NCBI GenBank assembly: GCA_963681965.1
Contig: OY820579.1
Coordinates: forward strand, 992,001-1,056,000
Direction of reading: 5' to 3'
DNA from: a bacterium
Lineage (GTDB): Bacteria; Electryoneota; JAOADG01
Length of the DNA stretch: 64,000 nucleotides
Shown here piece by piece: positions 39,897 through 50,308 of the stretch. The number at the start of each line of letters is the position of its first letter. The stretch's first letter is position 1. The notes below the pieces were generated by a model. That model searched no databases, was not told where the DNA came from, and saw nothing but the letters and a program-made list of their open reading frames with translations. Position numbers and translations under genes: made by a program.

Positions 39897-40376
39897 TTAT
39901 TTAATTAGATCGTTTGTTTGATAAAATGGTGATGCCGCTTCGATTGCATCGACAATCTGTTGATAGCCGGTACAACGGCAGAGATTTGCCGAAATGGCTT
40001 TCCGGATTTCCGGTCGCGTCGGTTGCGGGTGCTCGGACAAAAATGCGTGGGCAGTCAGCACCATTCCGGGGATGCAGTATCCGCATTGGATCGCTCCCGC
40101 TTGGATAAATGCTGTCTGCAGGGGATGGAGAGCACCATCTTCACGAGTCATTCCTTCGATAGTGAGCACCGATTTGTCAACGATGTCGCGAACTTTGAGG
40201 ATACATGCCTTCTTCGGTTTACCGTCGATCAAGATGGTGCAGGTACCGCAGAACCCTTCGCCGCATCCGTTTTTCGTGCCAGTTAATCTGAGTTCTTCGC
40301 GAAGAAATTCGAGCAGTGACTGGTCTAGTTGCGCTTCATTTAACAAGATCGACTGGCGATTAATCTGCGTGAACAT
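39897..40376 (-). CDS. 2x[2Fe-2S] subunit of molybdenum hydroxylase (CoxS-type)
   Basis: GTKNGCGEGFCGTC...AC; QCGYCIPG...NLCRCTGY. Confidence 0.93.
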   Translation of the reverse strand: MFTQINRQSILLNEAQLDQSLLEFLREELRLTGTKNGCGEGFCGTCTILIDGKPKKACILKVRDIVDKSVLTIEGMTREDGALHPLQTAFIQAGAIQCGYCIPGMVLTAHAFLSEHPQPTRPEIRKAISANLCRCTGYQQIVDAIEAASPFYQTNDLIK

Positions 40377-42657
40377 GCGACACCTCCTCTTTCAGAATGG
40401 GTTGCGCTTGTTCGATCGTAATCGGCGATGAAAAATATCGTTTTCCTGTGGCGTGATAAATCGCATTGGCAATCGCTGGAGCCATCAGTTCATTTGCCGG
40501 TTCGCCAATTCCTTTTGCGCCCGAAGGCGAGAGGGGATCGTTATTTTCAATCACAATTGCCGTTATCTCGGGAACATCGGTAGCACGTGGAATGCGATAT
40601 GTATTATAATTCAACGTCGAAATTTTGCCATCCTTCATCTTCACCTGTTCGTGCAAACCGTAGCCGATACCCATCGCGACACCGCCATAGAATTGCCCCA
40701 AAAGAGAATCGGGTTTGATCGCGCGACCGATATCGTGTGCCGCAACGGCATTGAGCAGTTTCACTTTTCCAGTGCGACGGTTTACTGTTAATTCGACTGC
40801 CTGACAGCCGTAGACCCAAGTGAAGTAAGCGTTGCCCTGTCCGTTCTCCTCATTCCAACTGACGCGAGGCGCTTTGAACACACCCATGGCAAAGGGAAAT
40901 TCCTGTGCCTTTTGCATCGCAGAAATTGCGTTTTCAAATGATATCGATTCGTGCGACGTTGCGGAAATCAGTTGACCATTTTCGAAACGAATTGAGTCGG
41001 GGGTGCAATTCAGTTGCGTTGCAACGACGGTAGCGATTTTCTGTTTCAATTCGCGAGCGGCGTTTACGATCGCTCCGCCACCCATCAGCGTACCGCGCGA
41101 TGCTACGGTTGTTCCGCTGTCGGGAATGGTGGATGTGTTCGGACGGCGATAGCGAATCCGGTCGAGCGAGATCCCTAATTCAGTCGCAAGCAAAGTAACA
41201 AACACCGATTCGGCACCTTGACCATTTTCGTGAATACCGACTTCGAGAACGACCGAGCCGTCGAATTGTACATTGATGATCGCCGCACAGAAGTCAGTGC
41301 CTTCGGCGCCAAGACTCATTCCCCGATAACTCATCGCGAGTCCGATGCCATACAATTCGTCGGATTCTGATTCACCTAATGAGCATCGTTTGATTTTATT
41401 GTCGTAGTCGGATTGCTTTATAACCGCATCAAGCGCTTGTTCCAAGCTGACCGTGTGGGCATCGAGTTTCTGTCCGGTGACGGTTACGCTGTTTTGACGA
41501 ACCATGTTCAAACGGCGGAATTCGATTGGGTCGATATTGAGTTTCTCGGCGGCAATTTCAACCAATTGTTCGATCGCAAAGTTAATTTGCGGCGAGCCGA
41601 AACCGCGCATCGCCCCGGTAAAGACATTATTGGTATATACCCCGTACGTATCGCAGTGGACATGCTCCACCTCATACGGTCCGCAACACTGAACGGTAGA
41701 GCGCCACGTGACCCACGGTGTTACCGAACAATATGCGCCGCCATCGGCAACAATCCGGCATTGCACCGCTTTGATCTTTCCCGCTTCTGACAATCCCATT
41801 TTGTAGTGAATACGATAGGGGTGTCGTTTATAGCTTTCGCGGATCGACCAATCGCGGGCATAGGTCATTTTCACCGGCTTACCGCAAAGCTTTGCTGCTA
41901 ATGCCGCACGGGCGCAGACCACTGCAGCAGTATCGTCTTTACCACCGAAGCCGCCACCCATCACTGTTCCAATTACTTCGACATCGGCTAATTGGACGCC
42001 TAATGTCGACGCGACAAAACGGCGGGTACTGAACGGATGCTGCATACTGCCATAGACTTCAATCACACCATCTGTGCGCGGAACGCAAACAGCTGATTCC
42101 GGTTCAAGATAGGCATGTTCGATCGTTTGAGTCTGGAAATCGCGCTCGATGATCAAGTCGGATTCGGAAAATCCCTCCGCAATATCGCCACGTCGAACAC
42201 GATGTTCGTTAATAATATTCGAGCAGGATTCTTCATGGACGAGTGGAGCGCCGGGAAGAAGCGCTTCTTCCGGATCGAATACTGCCGGGATATCTTCCGC
42301 TTCGATAGTAACTAATTTTGCCGCATCGATCGCTTGTTGCCGTGTGTTTGCAATAACAATCGCAATGACATCGCCGTGATACCGGATTTTCGTATCGGCA
42401 AGTATCCGGAGATCTTTGCGGATTTGCCCGAAATTGACACTGCCGGGGATGTCGGAAGCGGTCAAGACTTTAACCACTCCCGGTGCTTGTCGAGCAGTAC
42501 CGGTTTCGATGTGATGGATAATTGCATGCACGTGATCCGAGTAAACCGGCACGGCATGGAGCATTTCCGGAAACTTCAGATCGTCGGCATACTGCGCGCT
42601 TCCAGTCACTTTCGCGACGGCATCGTTGCGCCAACCGGGAGCGTTTAAATGTTGCAT
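40360..42657 (-). CDS. Xanthine dehydrogenase-family molybdopterin-binding subunit (second, CoxL/XdhD-type)
   Basis: KVTG..YADD, HAYLEPE, SMQHP, GGGFGGKDD, GAMRGFG, VASRGT, GAKGIGEP. Confidence 0.92.
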   Translation of the reverse strand: MQHLNAPGWRNDAVAKVTGSAQYADDLKFPEMLHAVPVYSDHVHAIIHHIETGTARQAPGVVKVLTASDIPGSVNFGQIRKDLRILADTKIRYHGDVIAIVIANTRQQAIDAAKLVTIEAEDIPAVFDPEEALLPGAPLVHEESCSNIINEHRVRRGDIAEGFSESDLIIERDFQTQTIEHAYLEPESAVCVPRTDGVIEVYGSMQHPFSTRRFVASTLGVQLADVEVIGTVMGGGFGGKDDTAAVVCARAALAAKLCGKPVKMTYARDWSIRESYKRHPYRIHYKMGLSEAGKIKAVQCRIVADGGAYCSVTPWVTWRSTVQCCGPYEVEHVHCDTYGVYTNNVFTGAMRGFGSPQINFAIEQLVEIAAEKLNIDPIEFRRLNMVRQNSVTVTGQKLDAHTVSLEQALDAVIKQSDYDNKIKRCSLGESESDELYGIGLAMSYRGMSLGAEGTDFCAAIINVQFDGSVVLEVGIHENGQGAESVFVTLLATELGISLDRIRYRRPNTSTIPDSGTTVASRGTLMGGGAIVNAARELKQKIATVVATQLNCTPDSIRFENGQLISATSHESISFENAISAMQKAQEFPFAMGVFKAPRVSWNEENGQGNAYFTWVYGCQAVELTVNRRTGKVKLLNAVAAHDIGRAIKPDSLLGQFYGGVAMGIGYGLHEQVKMKDGKISTLNYNTYRIPRATDVPEITAIVIENNDPLSPSGAKGIGEPANELMAPAIANAIYHATGKRYFSSPITIEQAQPILKEEVSHVHAD

Positions 42658-43994
42658 AAAATTGCCCCTTCCGGTTCATTTTTTGTGAACTGAAAATTCT
42701 CAATAACCGGTGTTCCCTGAACAAATACATAGGGAAAATTGAGTGTTGACATGAATCCGGGATAAGTTTCATACACACTCATCAGCGACGAAACGACTTG
42801 TTTCCGTTCTCCGTGCAGATCGATCACTGTCAAATCGGCATCGCTTCCGATTGCGATTGTCCCTTTTTGCGGGTACAATTGCAGCACTCGCGCTGGATTC
42901 TCGGACAAATGTCGCGCCATTTTCGGTAGCGACGATTCTTCGGCACCGAATAGTACGTACGCCAAATGCGGAAGCGCTCCGATCCCGGCAATTCCCTTCG
43001 GAGTTTTTCGTACATCATCGGGAAAAGCGCTTTTTCCGACTTTCGAAAATGCGCAATGATCGGTGGCAAATAAATCGATCTGCCCCATGCCCGCGCGAGC
43101 AGCCATGTTACTTACGTTCCGTTTGGGTCGCAGTGGCGGCGAGCAGAGCCAGCGATACCCTTGATCGGAATCTTGCAACATCCGGTCATCGAGAAACAAA
43201 TAATGCGGTGCAGTCTCGCAAGTGATCCGGCAGGTTTCTTTCGCAGTCAATATCCGATCAACTGTACGAGCACAAGAGACGTGGACGATATGAACTGTAG
43301 CGTCATACTTCTCCGCCAATTCAATAATCGCTTCGACTGCGGCTAGCTCGACTACTTCCGGTCGTGTGTAAGCATGGGTAATTGGCTTCGACCAGTCCCA
43401 TTCTTGTAATGTCGAAATTGTCTGTAAAGAGGCTTCGTCTTCGCAATGAAACAGAAATGTGATCGGTTGGTTACGAAATCGTTCCATGATATTACCGATC
43501 GTTTCGTAATCGATATACAGTCCGGCTTCGCGATAGGTGGTATAAAATTTGAAGCTGCGAAATCCGGAATCGATCAGATGCTCACAGACGCTCATCGTCT
43601 CTTCGTCGAACCGTGTCGGTGTAAGATGCCAACCGATTGAGCAGTAGGAATGACGAACCGCTTTATCGATGGCAGATTGAATCGCAGAACTAATCGGCTG
43701 TTCGGGAGATTGAGTAATGAAACTCCAGAGTGTGGTAATACCGTTGCGGACGGCAACTTCCGATCCCGAAGCGTAACTATCGGCAAGTGGAATACCGCCA
43801 ATTACATCGTCAAGATGAACGTGAAGATCGATCATTCCGGGGAGAATATATTTACCGGTCAGATCGATTATCGGATCGGTGGTATCTATCGGCGTGGTTT
43901 CGATTGCTGCGATTTTTCCATCGGCGATAAGCAGATCCGATTGAATCAATCCAGAAGCGGTAACCAACGTTCCATTTTGCAACCACCGTTTCAT
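42645..43994 (-). CDS. hydA: Dihydropyrimidinase/hydantoinase (HydA/HyuA-like)
   Basis: LPGMIDLHVH, SFKFY, FHCE, HIVHVS, ETAPHYL, CSPPLR, ATDHC, GSDADL. Confidence 0.85.
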   Translation of the reverse strand: MKRWLQNGTLVTASGLIQSDLLIADGKIAAIETTPIDTTDPIIDLTGKYILPGMIDLHVHLDDVIGGIPLADSYASGSEVAVRNGITTLWSFITQSPEQPISSAIQSAIDKAVRHSYCSIGWHLTPTRFDEETMSVCEHLIDSGFRSFKFYTTYREAGLYIDYETIGNIMERFRNQPITFLFHCEDEASLQTISTLQEWDWSKPITHAYTRPEVVELAAVEAIIELAEKYDATVHIVHVSCARTVDRILTAKETCRITCETAPHYLFLDDRMLQDSDQGYRWLCSPPLRPKRNVSNMAARAGMGQIDLFATDHCAFSKVGKSAFPDDVRKTPKGIAGIGALPHLAYVLFGAEESSLPKMARHLSENPARVLQLYPQKGTIAIGSDADLTVIDLHGERKQVVSSLMSVYETYPGFMSTLNFPYVFVQGTPVIENFQFTKNEPEGAILCNI

Positions 43995-45229
43995 GATCGT
44001 TCCAATCCCAATTTCTTCGCGACTTCGGAAAGTGAATCGGATGTCGGTTCAATCGGATCCGGCAACATTATCGATCGTTCGGCGGCTGGTATGTCTTTCA
44101 GACCATGTCCGGTTACAAGCAAGACAATTCGCTCGTGTCGATCAAGTAATTGTTGTTCACGACAGCGGTGTAATCCCGCTAAGCTGGCTGCTGCAGCCGG
44201 TTCGGCGAATATTCCTGAAGCACCGGCAAGCTGGTATTGCGCTGCCAGAATTTCTTGATCCGATACGATCACCGAGGATCCTTTCGATTCTTCGATCGCA
44301 CGTTTTGCTAGATGAGCATTGCTGGGAATCGAAACCGAAATCGAATCGGCAACGGTAGCAGGATGCGAAGCATCGGTATATTTCCCGGTCGAGAAATAAT
44401 GATGGATCGCATTGGATGATTCCGCCTGTACACAAATCAAGCGCGGTAGTTGATCCGAAAATCCTGCCGCTTTCCAGTCGCGAAATGCTTTATGCACACC
44501 AGCTAGAATCACACCATCACCGACCGGAATCAGAATTGCATCGGGAACAGATCCGCCTTGTTGCAAGATTTCGCAGCCGACAGTTTTCTTTCCTTCAATC
44601 GTCAATGGGTGATAGGCGGTATTTCGATTGATCCCGGGATATCGTTGGGTCCATTCCAGTGAGAGGCGGAAGGCATCGTCGTAAGTTCCCTTAACCCGAA
44701 CAACTTGAGCACCGCAGATCAACATCTGTACCAATTTCGCTTTGGGTGCATTTTCGGGTACGAAAATCAACGCTTGTTTTCCGGCAGCCGCGCAAACGGC
44801 TGCAAGCGCACTGGCGGCATTCCCGGTGGATGCAGTTACCACCGTCGATTCCTGTAAGCGGTTCGCTTCGGCGACTACCAGATAGGAAGCACGATCCTTC
44901 AGCGATCCACTGGGATTTTGTCCGTCGTTTTTGATCCAGAGTTGATCGAATCCCGTCACCTTGCATAATCTGGGTGATCGAAAGAATGGCGTATGTCCCA
45001 CCGGATAACTGGGCAAATATTCCGATTCGATTGGTAGCCATTGTTGCCAGTCCCGGCTGTGGGGATCGACTCGCCGGCGAAGTGCTTCCGGATCGAATTC
45101 TACTTCCAATACGCCACGAAGTGGAATTCCCGGGCGATAATTCTCTTCGCAATCGGGGCATAAATACCGTACTTCATCGCGCTTGAATTCGCGACCGCAT
45201 TCGGAACACTTGTAGTGAAATGGTATCAT
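43991..45229 (-). CDS. Threonine-synthase-like PLP enzyme with N-terminal Zn ribbon
   Basis: CSEC...CPDC, NPSGSLKDR (PLP Lys), ASTGNA, EGKKT, PVGDG, TGHGLKD. Confidence 0.88.
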   Translation of the reverse strand: MIPFHYKCSECGREFKRDEVRYLCPDCEENYRPGIPLRGVLEVEFDPEALRRRVDPHSRDWQQWLPIESEYLPSYPVGHTPFFRSPRLCKVTGFDQLWIKNDGQNPSGSLKDRASYLVVAEANRLQESTVVTASTGNAASALAAVCAAAGKQALIFVPENAPKAKLVQMLICGAQVVRVKGTYDDAFRLSLEWTQRYPGINRNTAYHPLTIEGKKTVGCEILQQGGSVPDAILIPVGDGVILAGVHKAFRDWKAAGFSDQLPRLICVQAESSNAIHHYFSTGKYTDASHPATVADSISVSIPSNAHLAKRAIEESKGSSVIVSDQEILAAQYQLAGASGIFAEPAAAASLAGLHRCREQQLLDRHERIVLLVTGHGLKDIPAAERSIMLPDPIEPTSDSLSEVAKKLGLERS

Positions 45230-45235
45230 TTCGTT

Positions 45236-46453
45236 TTATCCGATGCCATTCAATCGTGCAACCAATGCCGCATAAAAAGCGGAACAAGCGCTCAGGTGAT
45301 CGACCGGACACGCTTCGTTGGGTGCATGGGCGAATACTTCGTTGCCTGGACCCATTCCGAGACAGGGAATTCCGTGCATACCGGCGATGGCGACACCATT
45401 AGTTGAAAATGTCCATTTATCGACTTTCGGTGGTTTCGATAAGGTTTGCTCATAAGCAAAAATGGCATCTTTCAAGTATGACGATGTTTCAGGCATTACC
45501 CACGTTGGATAATATTTTTCGGTAGGATAAATCTTACCGGTATAAGCCGGCTCTTCATACGTCAATACTTCGACTTCCGCATCGGGATAACCAGCTCGGG
45601 CTGCGGCATCTTTCACTTCAGCAACGGCGATATCTTTGGTCTCGCCGTAAGTGAGTCGTCGATCAAGCTGGATGCTCGCGGCATCGGGAACGGCACATTG
45701 CGATGGGGATGAAAAGAATACTTGCGTTACGGTTACCGAGCCTTTACCGAGGAATGGATCGTCGGCAAGACGTTGATGCAATTTCTCGATTTCGAGAGCG
45801 ATCTTGGAAATTTTGTAGATCGCGTTGTCGCCGCGTTCCGGTGCAGAACCGTGCGCGGAAAGACCTTTCACCTTAATCATAATCTCCATCCGACCGCGAT
45901 GACCGCGATAGAGATTAAGATTCGTCGGTTCCGTGATCACGACCAATTCCGGTCGGACGTTGTCTTCCTTGATCAGGTGTTGCCAGCAGAGACCGTCGCA
46001 ATCTTCTTCCATTACCGTGCCGGTGAACAGCAGCGTGAATTCACGATTCAAGCCGAGTTCGCGAATGATCTTCGCAGCATACACCATGCTTGCCATACCA
46101 CCTTTTTGATCGACGGTACCCCGACCCCATATCTGTCCATCTTCGATTTTCGGTTGAAAGGGATCGAAATTCCAGAGCGACATATCGCCGGGGTAAACCG
46201 TATCGATATGTGCATCGAATGCGATTATGCGTTTTCCATTACCAACGCGACCGATGATCGAGCCAAGGGCGTCGACGCGGACTTCATCGAATCCGACGGC
46301 GGTCATTTTCTTTGCAATGACATCGATCACCGCTTTTTCCTTACCCGAAAACGAAGGGGTACGGATCAAATCCATTAGAAATTCTGCTGTTTCCAGTTCG
46401 TATTGTTTTGCCAATTGATGAATTTTCTGATACACAGTGATTTTCCTTTCCAA
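45236..46453 (-). CDS. ygeY: YgeY family M20 hydrolase
   Basis: FDAHIDTV, GRGTVDQKGG, MEEDCDGLCW, TEPT, RGHRGR, HGSAPERG, WTFSTNGV, AHAPNE. GTG 46435 is an alternative start. Confidence 0.94.
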   Translation of the reverse strand: MERKITVYQKIHQLAKQYELETAEFLMDLIRTPSFSGKEKAVIDVIAKKMTAVGFDEVRVDALGSIIGRVGNGKRIIAFDAHIDTVYPGDMSLWNFDPFQPKIEDGQIWGRGTVDQKGGMASMVYAAKIIRELGLNREFTLLFTGTVMEEDCDGLCWQHLIKEDNVRPELVVITEPTNLNLYRGHRGRMEIMIKVKGLSAHGSAPERGDNAIYKISKIALEIEKLHQRLADDPFLGKGSVTVTQVFFSSPSQCAVPDAASIQLDRRLTYGETKDIAVAEVKDAAARAGYPDAEVEVLTYEEPAYTGKIYPTEKYYPTWVMPETSSYLKDAIFAYEQTLSKPPKVDKWTFSTNGVAIAGMHGIPCLGMGPGNEVFAHAPNEACPVDHLSACSAFYAALVARLNGIG

Positions 46454-46459
46454 TTTCGC

Positions 46460-47806
46460 TTAAAAGCGTTCCCACAATCGACTTGCCGCTTCACTCGATT
46501 TCGCCGCGACCTCCACTTCGTCGATGGGGATAGTAATACGTTTGTCGTCCATCAGGATGCGACCATTGACAATCGTCGTATTCACTGGAGCATTTGCGAT
46601 GCCGAACACGAGATGCCCCATCAGTGTCTCATTTGTCAAAGGTGTCGGAGTACAATAGTCGACCAAAATGATGTCGGCAGGTGCTCCTTCGTGGATTGTA
46701 CCGATCGGCAGATCCCACAGTCGGGATGCGATTTTACGATTATTTTCGAACAGTGTTTTTACGACTTCGACAAATCCTACCGAGGGGTTGCGATGCGAAA
46801 GATGCTGCAACCACAATGCCGTTCGCAGCTCTTCCGGCATTCGCACGGTCATGGCGTCGCTTCCCAGCCCGACGATGATTCCGGCTTGAGATAAAGCGAT
46901 GATGTCGGCAGCGCCTACGGCATTGTTCATATTCGATTGCGGATTGTGAACAACGATCGTGTTGGTTTCCGCGAGCAATTCGCGTTCGCGATCATCGATG
47001 TGAACGCAGTGGGCGGCAATAGAATTGCTACCAAGAATACCGGCATGATACAAGCGTTCGATTACGCGTTGTTTGTTCGCCTGAAGCGATTGTTCCTGAT
47101 CGGCAAGGTCTTCGGCGACGTGTATATGAAAACCAGTGGCAAGCGAGTTACCGATGGCAGACGCTTCCGCCAGCGTTTCGTCACCGATCGTGAAAGATGC
47201 ATGAAGACCGAACAATCCCCGTAGATAAGGATTATTGGATTTCTGACAAGCAGCGATGAATTCGGCATTTTCAGAAAGTCCTTCGCGAGCGATCGTTTCA
47301 CCGTCGCGATCGGATACTTCGTAACAGAGACATCCGCGAATACCGAATTCTGTCAGTGCTTGCGCGATTTTATTCAGTGAGCCGGTTATGGCATGTGGAC
47401 TGGCATGATGATCGATAAATGTCGTGGTTCCGCTTCGAATCGCATCGAACAGAATCGCTGCGGTAGAATAGTACACGTCGTCGAGTGTGAGTGCCTTATC
47501 GAGTCGCCACCACAAATTATTTAATACTTCGAGAAAGTTCTTCGACGGGTTGGCTTTTCCAAAACCGCGCGCAAAGGTGCTATAAAAATGCATGTGTGCA
47601 TTGATGTAGCCTGGCATTACTAATTTATGTTTGGCATCGATAGTCCGATCGTATGTGCCGGTAAAACTTGCATCCGGTCCGATTCGACTCACGACACCGT
47701 TTTCGATCAGAAGCGAATGTCCTTCCAGTACCGACCAGTCGCCGCCAAGCGGTAGGATTGTTCCATTTCGAATTAATATCGATTGATTAAGATCATGTGA
47801 AGACAT
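46460..47806 (-). CDS. ssnA: Putative aminohydrolase SsnA
   Basis: MPGYINAHMHFYS..ARG, LWWRLD, IDHHASP, CYEVSDRDG, GLHASFT, HIHVAE, HNPQSNMNNAVG. Confidence 0.93.
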   Translation of the reverse strand: MSSHDLNQSILIRNGTILPLGGDWSVLEGHSLLIENGVVSRIGPDASFTGTYDRTIDAKHKLVMPGYINAHMHFYSTFARGFGKANPSKNFLEVLNNLWWRLDKALTLDDVYYSTAAILFDAIRSGTTTFIDHHASPHAITGSLNKIAQALTEFGIRGCLCYEVSDRDGETIAREGLSENAEFIAACQKSNNPYLRGLFGLHASFTIGDETLAEASAIGNSLATGFHIHVAEDLADQEQSLQANKQRVIERLYHAGILGSNSIAAHCVHIDDRERELLAETNTIVVHNPQSNMNNAVGAADIIALSQAGIIVGLGSDAMTVRMPEELRTALWLQHLSHRNPSVGFVEVVKTLFENNRKIASRLWDLPIGTIHEGAPADIILVDYCTPTPLTNETLMGHLVFGIANAPVNTTIVNGRILMDDKRITIPIDEVEVAAKSSEAASRLWERF

Positions 47807-50302
47807 TTAATTTTCCGATAACATTTCGTGTTCCTCAGGCGAACGATTGCGCATCGACAACGCACCGGAGAAACATTTTTGAACACAGAATGAGCAACCG
47901 ACACACCGGGATGGATCGGTAACCGGCGTTAATTTATCTGAAAGCATGATTGCCAGATAGGGACACCGAACGCAATTTCCACAGTGTTGACATAAATTCT
48001 CGTCGACGCTGGAAATTTTCTTTTGTGCCGGTATTTTCTCAAAGGATAAAATTGGATCGGGTAACGCCGAACCGATATACTCCGCCACCGATTTATAACC
48101 ATTTTCTTGAAGTAGATAGCTAAATCCGGAGTTCAACTCGTCGATAATTTCCACTCCGTACTTCATCGCTACCGAGCAGAATTGAACCGTCTTTGCACCC
48201 AATGCCAGAAAATGCGAAGCTGCCAAATAATCCATTGGACCGCCATTTCCCGAAATGGTCAATCCAATGTTCGATGCTTTTGCCAGTGTCAGGAAACTGA
48301 TTGGTGCAACACCGGCACCGGACATGCCGACGATATACCCAACGAATCCACCATTTTCCGAAGGTCGGAACGACAGCGCGGGAAAACTGTTCGCGAGCGT
48401 GACACCGGCTTTCTTGTGAGGATACTTAGCCAGCACTTCGCGGATCGCAATCAAGATCGGTTGGATCGCGGTTACTGCACCAGTCAGTTTAAATAATTTT
48501 GGTACTTCCGGATCGGAGATCGACATTACCCAATCGATAATTGTCGCAGTCAATTCCGCATCCTGCGAAACAATATCTCCCTTCGTACCGTCGCCACCTT
48601 GCGGACAAGAAAGCGAATATTCCACTGCCATCGCTCCGGCTGCTTCCAATTTGCGAGTATTGGATTGCCAGACTTTTTTATCGGACTCGTCATTGCCGGT
48701 AACGGGACCGCCAGTTGAACCGATCGTCAAGCGGTCGGGGAACAACTTAACCAGTTGTTCGATTTCCCGGCAGACCCGGTCGAGAGCATGTCCGGAAACA
48801 TTATCGCAATTTGCAAAGGTTTGCTTATCGAGCACGAACATATACTCACTGGGAATATGGATCGGTAAATTGTCGAATGCCGTTTTCATCACACCGCCAG
48901 CCCAACCGGCGCGATAGGCACGGATCATCTGATCCAATCCATCGGTCGGCGGTGCGGCTGAAAGCAGGAATGGCGAATTTATTTTCCGTCCGAAGAAATC
49001 AGTTTCCAGATTAACTGGAATTAGATTTTTGCCGAGAAGCTTCACGGTGCTCTTGATGTTTTTCTCGAGCTGAGGTTCCGGTAACGATTGGCAGAAAGCA
49101 TCGACGGCGATCGCAATATTTTTTCCGGAAGCCACTGCTTCAACTACAGTCGTCGGACCGTTGATTAAATCACCGGCATAATAGATTCCGGGATGTCCTT
49201 TCCGCTCGATCGCCGATTTAGCACCAATAGCGATAATGATTAGATCGGTTGTCAACGTTTGTTGAATGGCATTTTCCAGTGGCACGATTTTCCGAGGGTG
49301 AAATTTCTCCCCTTCCGGTAGATCGACGGGTTGAAGCATCACAGTTCGTCGATTGCCTGCTTCCCTTACTTCGGTAATTCGTGACCGACCGATAATTTCG
49401 ATTCCAGCTTCGTGAATCCACTTCCATTCGACATCAGTTAACGGCATTTCCGATAATTTTTCCAATGCGATCATTGTGACTTTGGTAGCACCGTTCCGGC
49501 TGGCAGTCACGGCGCAATCGGTAGCAATTGCACCACCACCGATCACAATCACATTTTTGTAACGAGTGGAATAGAATTCCGGATTTTCGAGGTATTGTTT
49601 CCAATCTGTCGTTAGATTTTCGCCCGGAATACCGAGTGTAAAGGGCACATTCAAACCGGTTGCGACGATTACCGCTTGGTAGCCCTGATCAAGAACTTCA
49701 ACAGGATCAGTAATCAACGAGTGGTACTTAATCTCGATATTGCCAAGTTCTGTAACAAGTTCGATATCGTCTTGGAGTACGAAATGATTCAATCGGAATT
49801 CCGGAATCAAGTTGCACATGCCGCCGGCTTTCGGTGCTTGCTCGAAAATGGTAATGGCATAGCCCAACTGCGCCAATACCGATGCAGCACCCAGACCAGC
49901 GGGACCGGCGCCGACAATCGCGATCCGCCGATTATTCGGAGTCGGTGTTGTAAATACCGGTGCGTGTTCCGATTCACGTGCCCGAGCAATAATTGCCGAT
50001 TGAATTGAGGGAATCTCAATTGGGCGATCGAAAATTCGTAATGCGCACGCTTTCATACAGTGATAATCGGGACAAACCGAACCGCAAATGCCACCAAGGG
50101 GATTACTGCCCAGAATGATCGACGATGCGCGCTGAAAGTCGGTATCTGCGCCAAGTTTTGCTGCCATGATAAAATCGGCAGGTGAACAATCCGCTGGACA
50201 GGCGGTTTTGCATGGTTTCTCTAAACAGAATTCGCACTTGGCGATCTCGCGTTTAAGTTGAGCATCAGTCAGAAATAACGGATATCTTTTCATACATTCC
50301 AC
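47807..50302 (-). CDS. Single-chain dihydropyrimidine-dehydrogenase-like flavo-Fe-S oxidoreductase (PreT-PreA fusion)
   Basis: N-terminal CEFC..PC..ACP / CGSVCP..HC..AC, GAGPAG, IGGGAIA; FMN barrel LSAAPPT, KT, SLSCPQG, NGG; C-terminal CQHCGNCVRCP and CVGCSFCVQKC. ATG 50293 is a possible start. Confidence 0.88.
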   Translation of the reverse strand: MECMKRYPLFLTDAQLKREIAKCEFCLEKPCKTACPADCSPADFIMAAKLGADTDFQRASSIILGSNPLGGICGSVCPDYHCMKACALRIFDRPIEIPSIQSAIIARARESEHAPVFTTPTPNNRRIAIVGAGPAGLGAASVLAQLGYAITIFEQAPKAGGMCNLIPEFRLNHFVLQDDIELVTELGNIEIKYHSLITDPVEVLDQGYQAVIVATGLNVPFTLGIPGENLTTDWKQYLENPEFYSTRYKNVIVIGGGAIATDCAVTASRNGATKVTMIALEKLSEMPLTDVEWKWIHEAGIEIIGRSRITEVREAGNRRTVMLQPVDLPEGEKFHPRKIVPLENAIQQTLTTDLIIIAIGAKSAIERKGHPGIYYAGDLINGPTTVVEAVASGKNIAIAVDAFCQSLPEPQLEKNIKSTVKLLGKNLIPVNLETDFFGRKINSPFLLSAAPPTDGLDQMIRAYRAGWAGGVMKTAFDNLPIHIPSEYMFVLDKQTFANCDNVSGHALDRVCREIEQLVKLFPDRLTIGSTGGPVTGNDESDKKVWQSNTRKLEAAGAMAVEYSLSCPQGGDGTKGDIVSQDAELTATIIDWVMSISDPEVPKLFKLTGAVTAIQPILIAIREVLAKYPHKKAGVTLANSFPALSFRPSENGGFVGYIVGMSGAGVAPISFLTLAKASNIGLTISGNGGPMDYLAASHFLALGAKTVQFCSVAMKYGVEIIDELNSGFSYLLQENGYKSVAEYIGSALPDPILSFEKIPAQKKISSVDENLCQHCGNCVRCPYLAIMLSDKLTPVTDPSRCVGCSFCVQKCFSGALSMRNRSPEEHEMLSEN

Positions 50303-50308
50303 AAAATT

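Noticed and set aside
42645-50302. Simple reductive pyrimidine pathway (DPD + HydA + M20 ureidopropionase)
   Set aside because: Not excluded, but ssnA, ygeW, ygeY, two XDH-family enzymes and altered uracil-binding motifs fit purine catabolism better.
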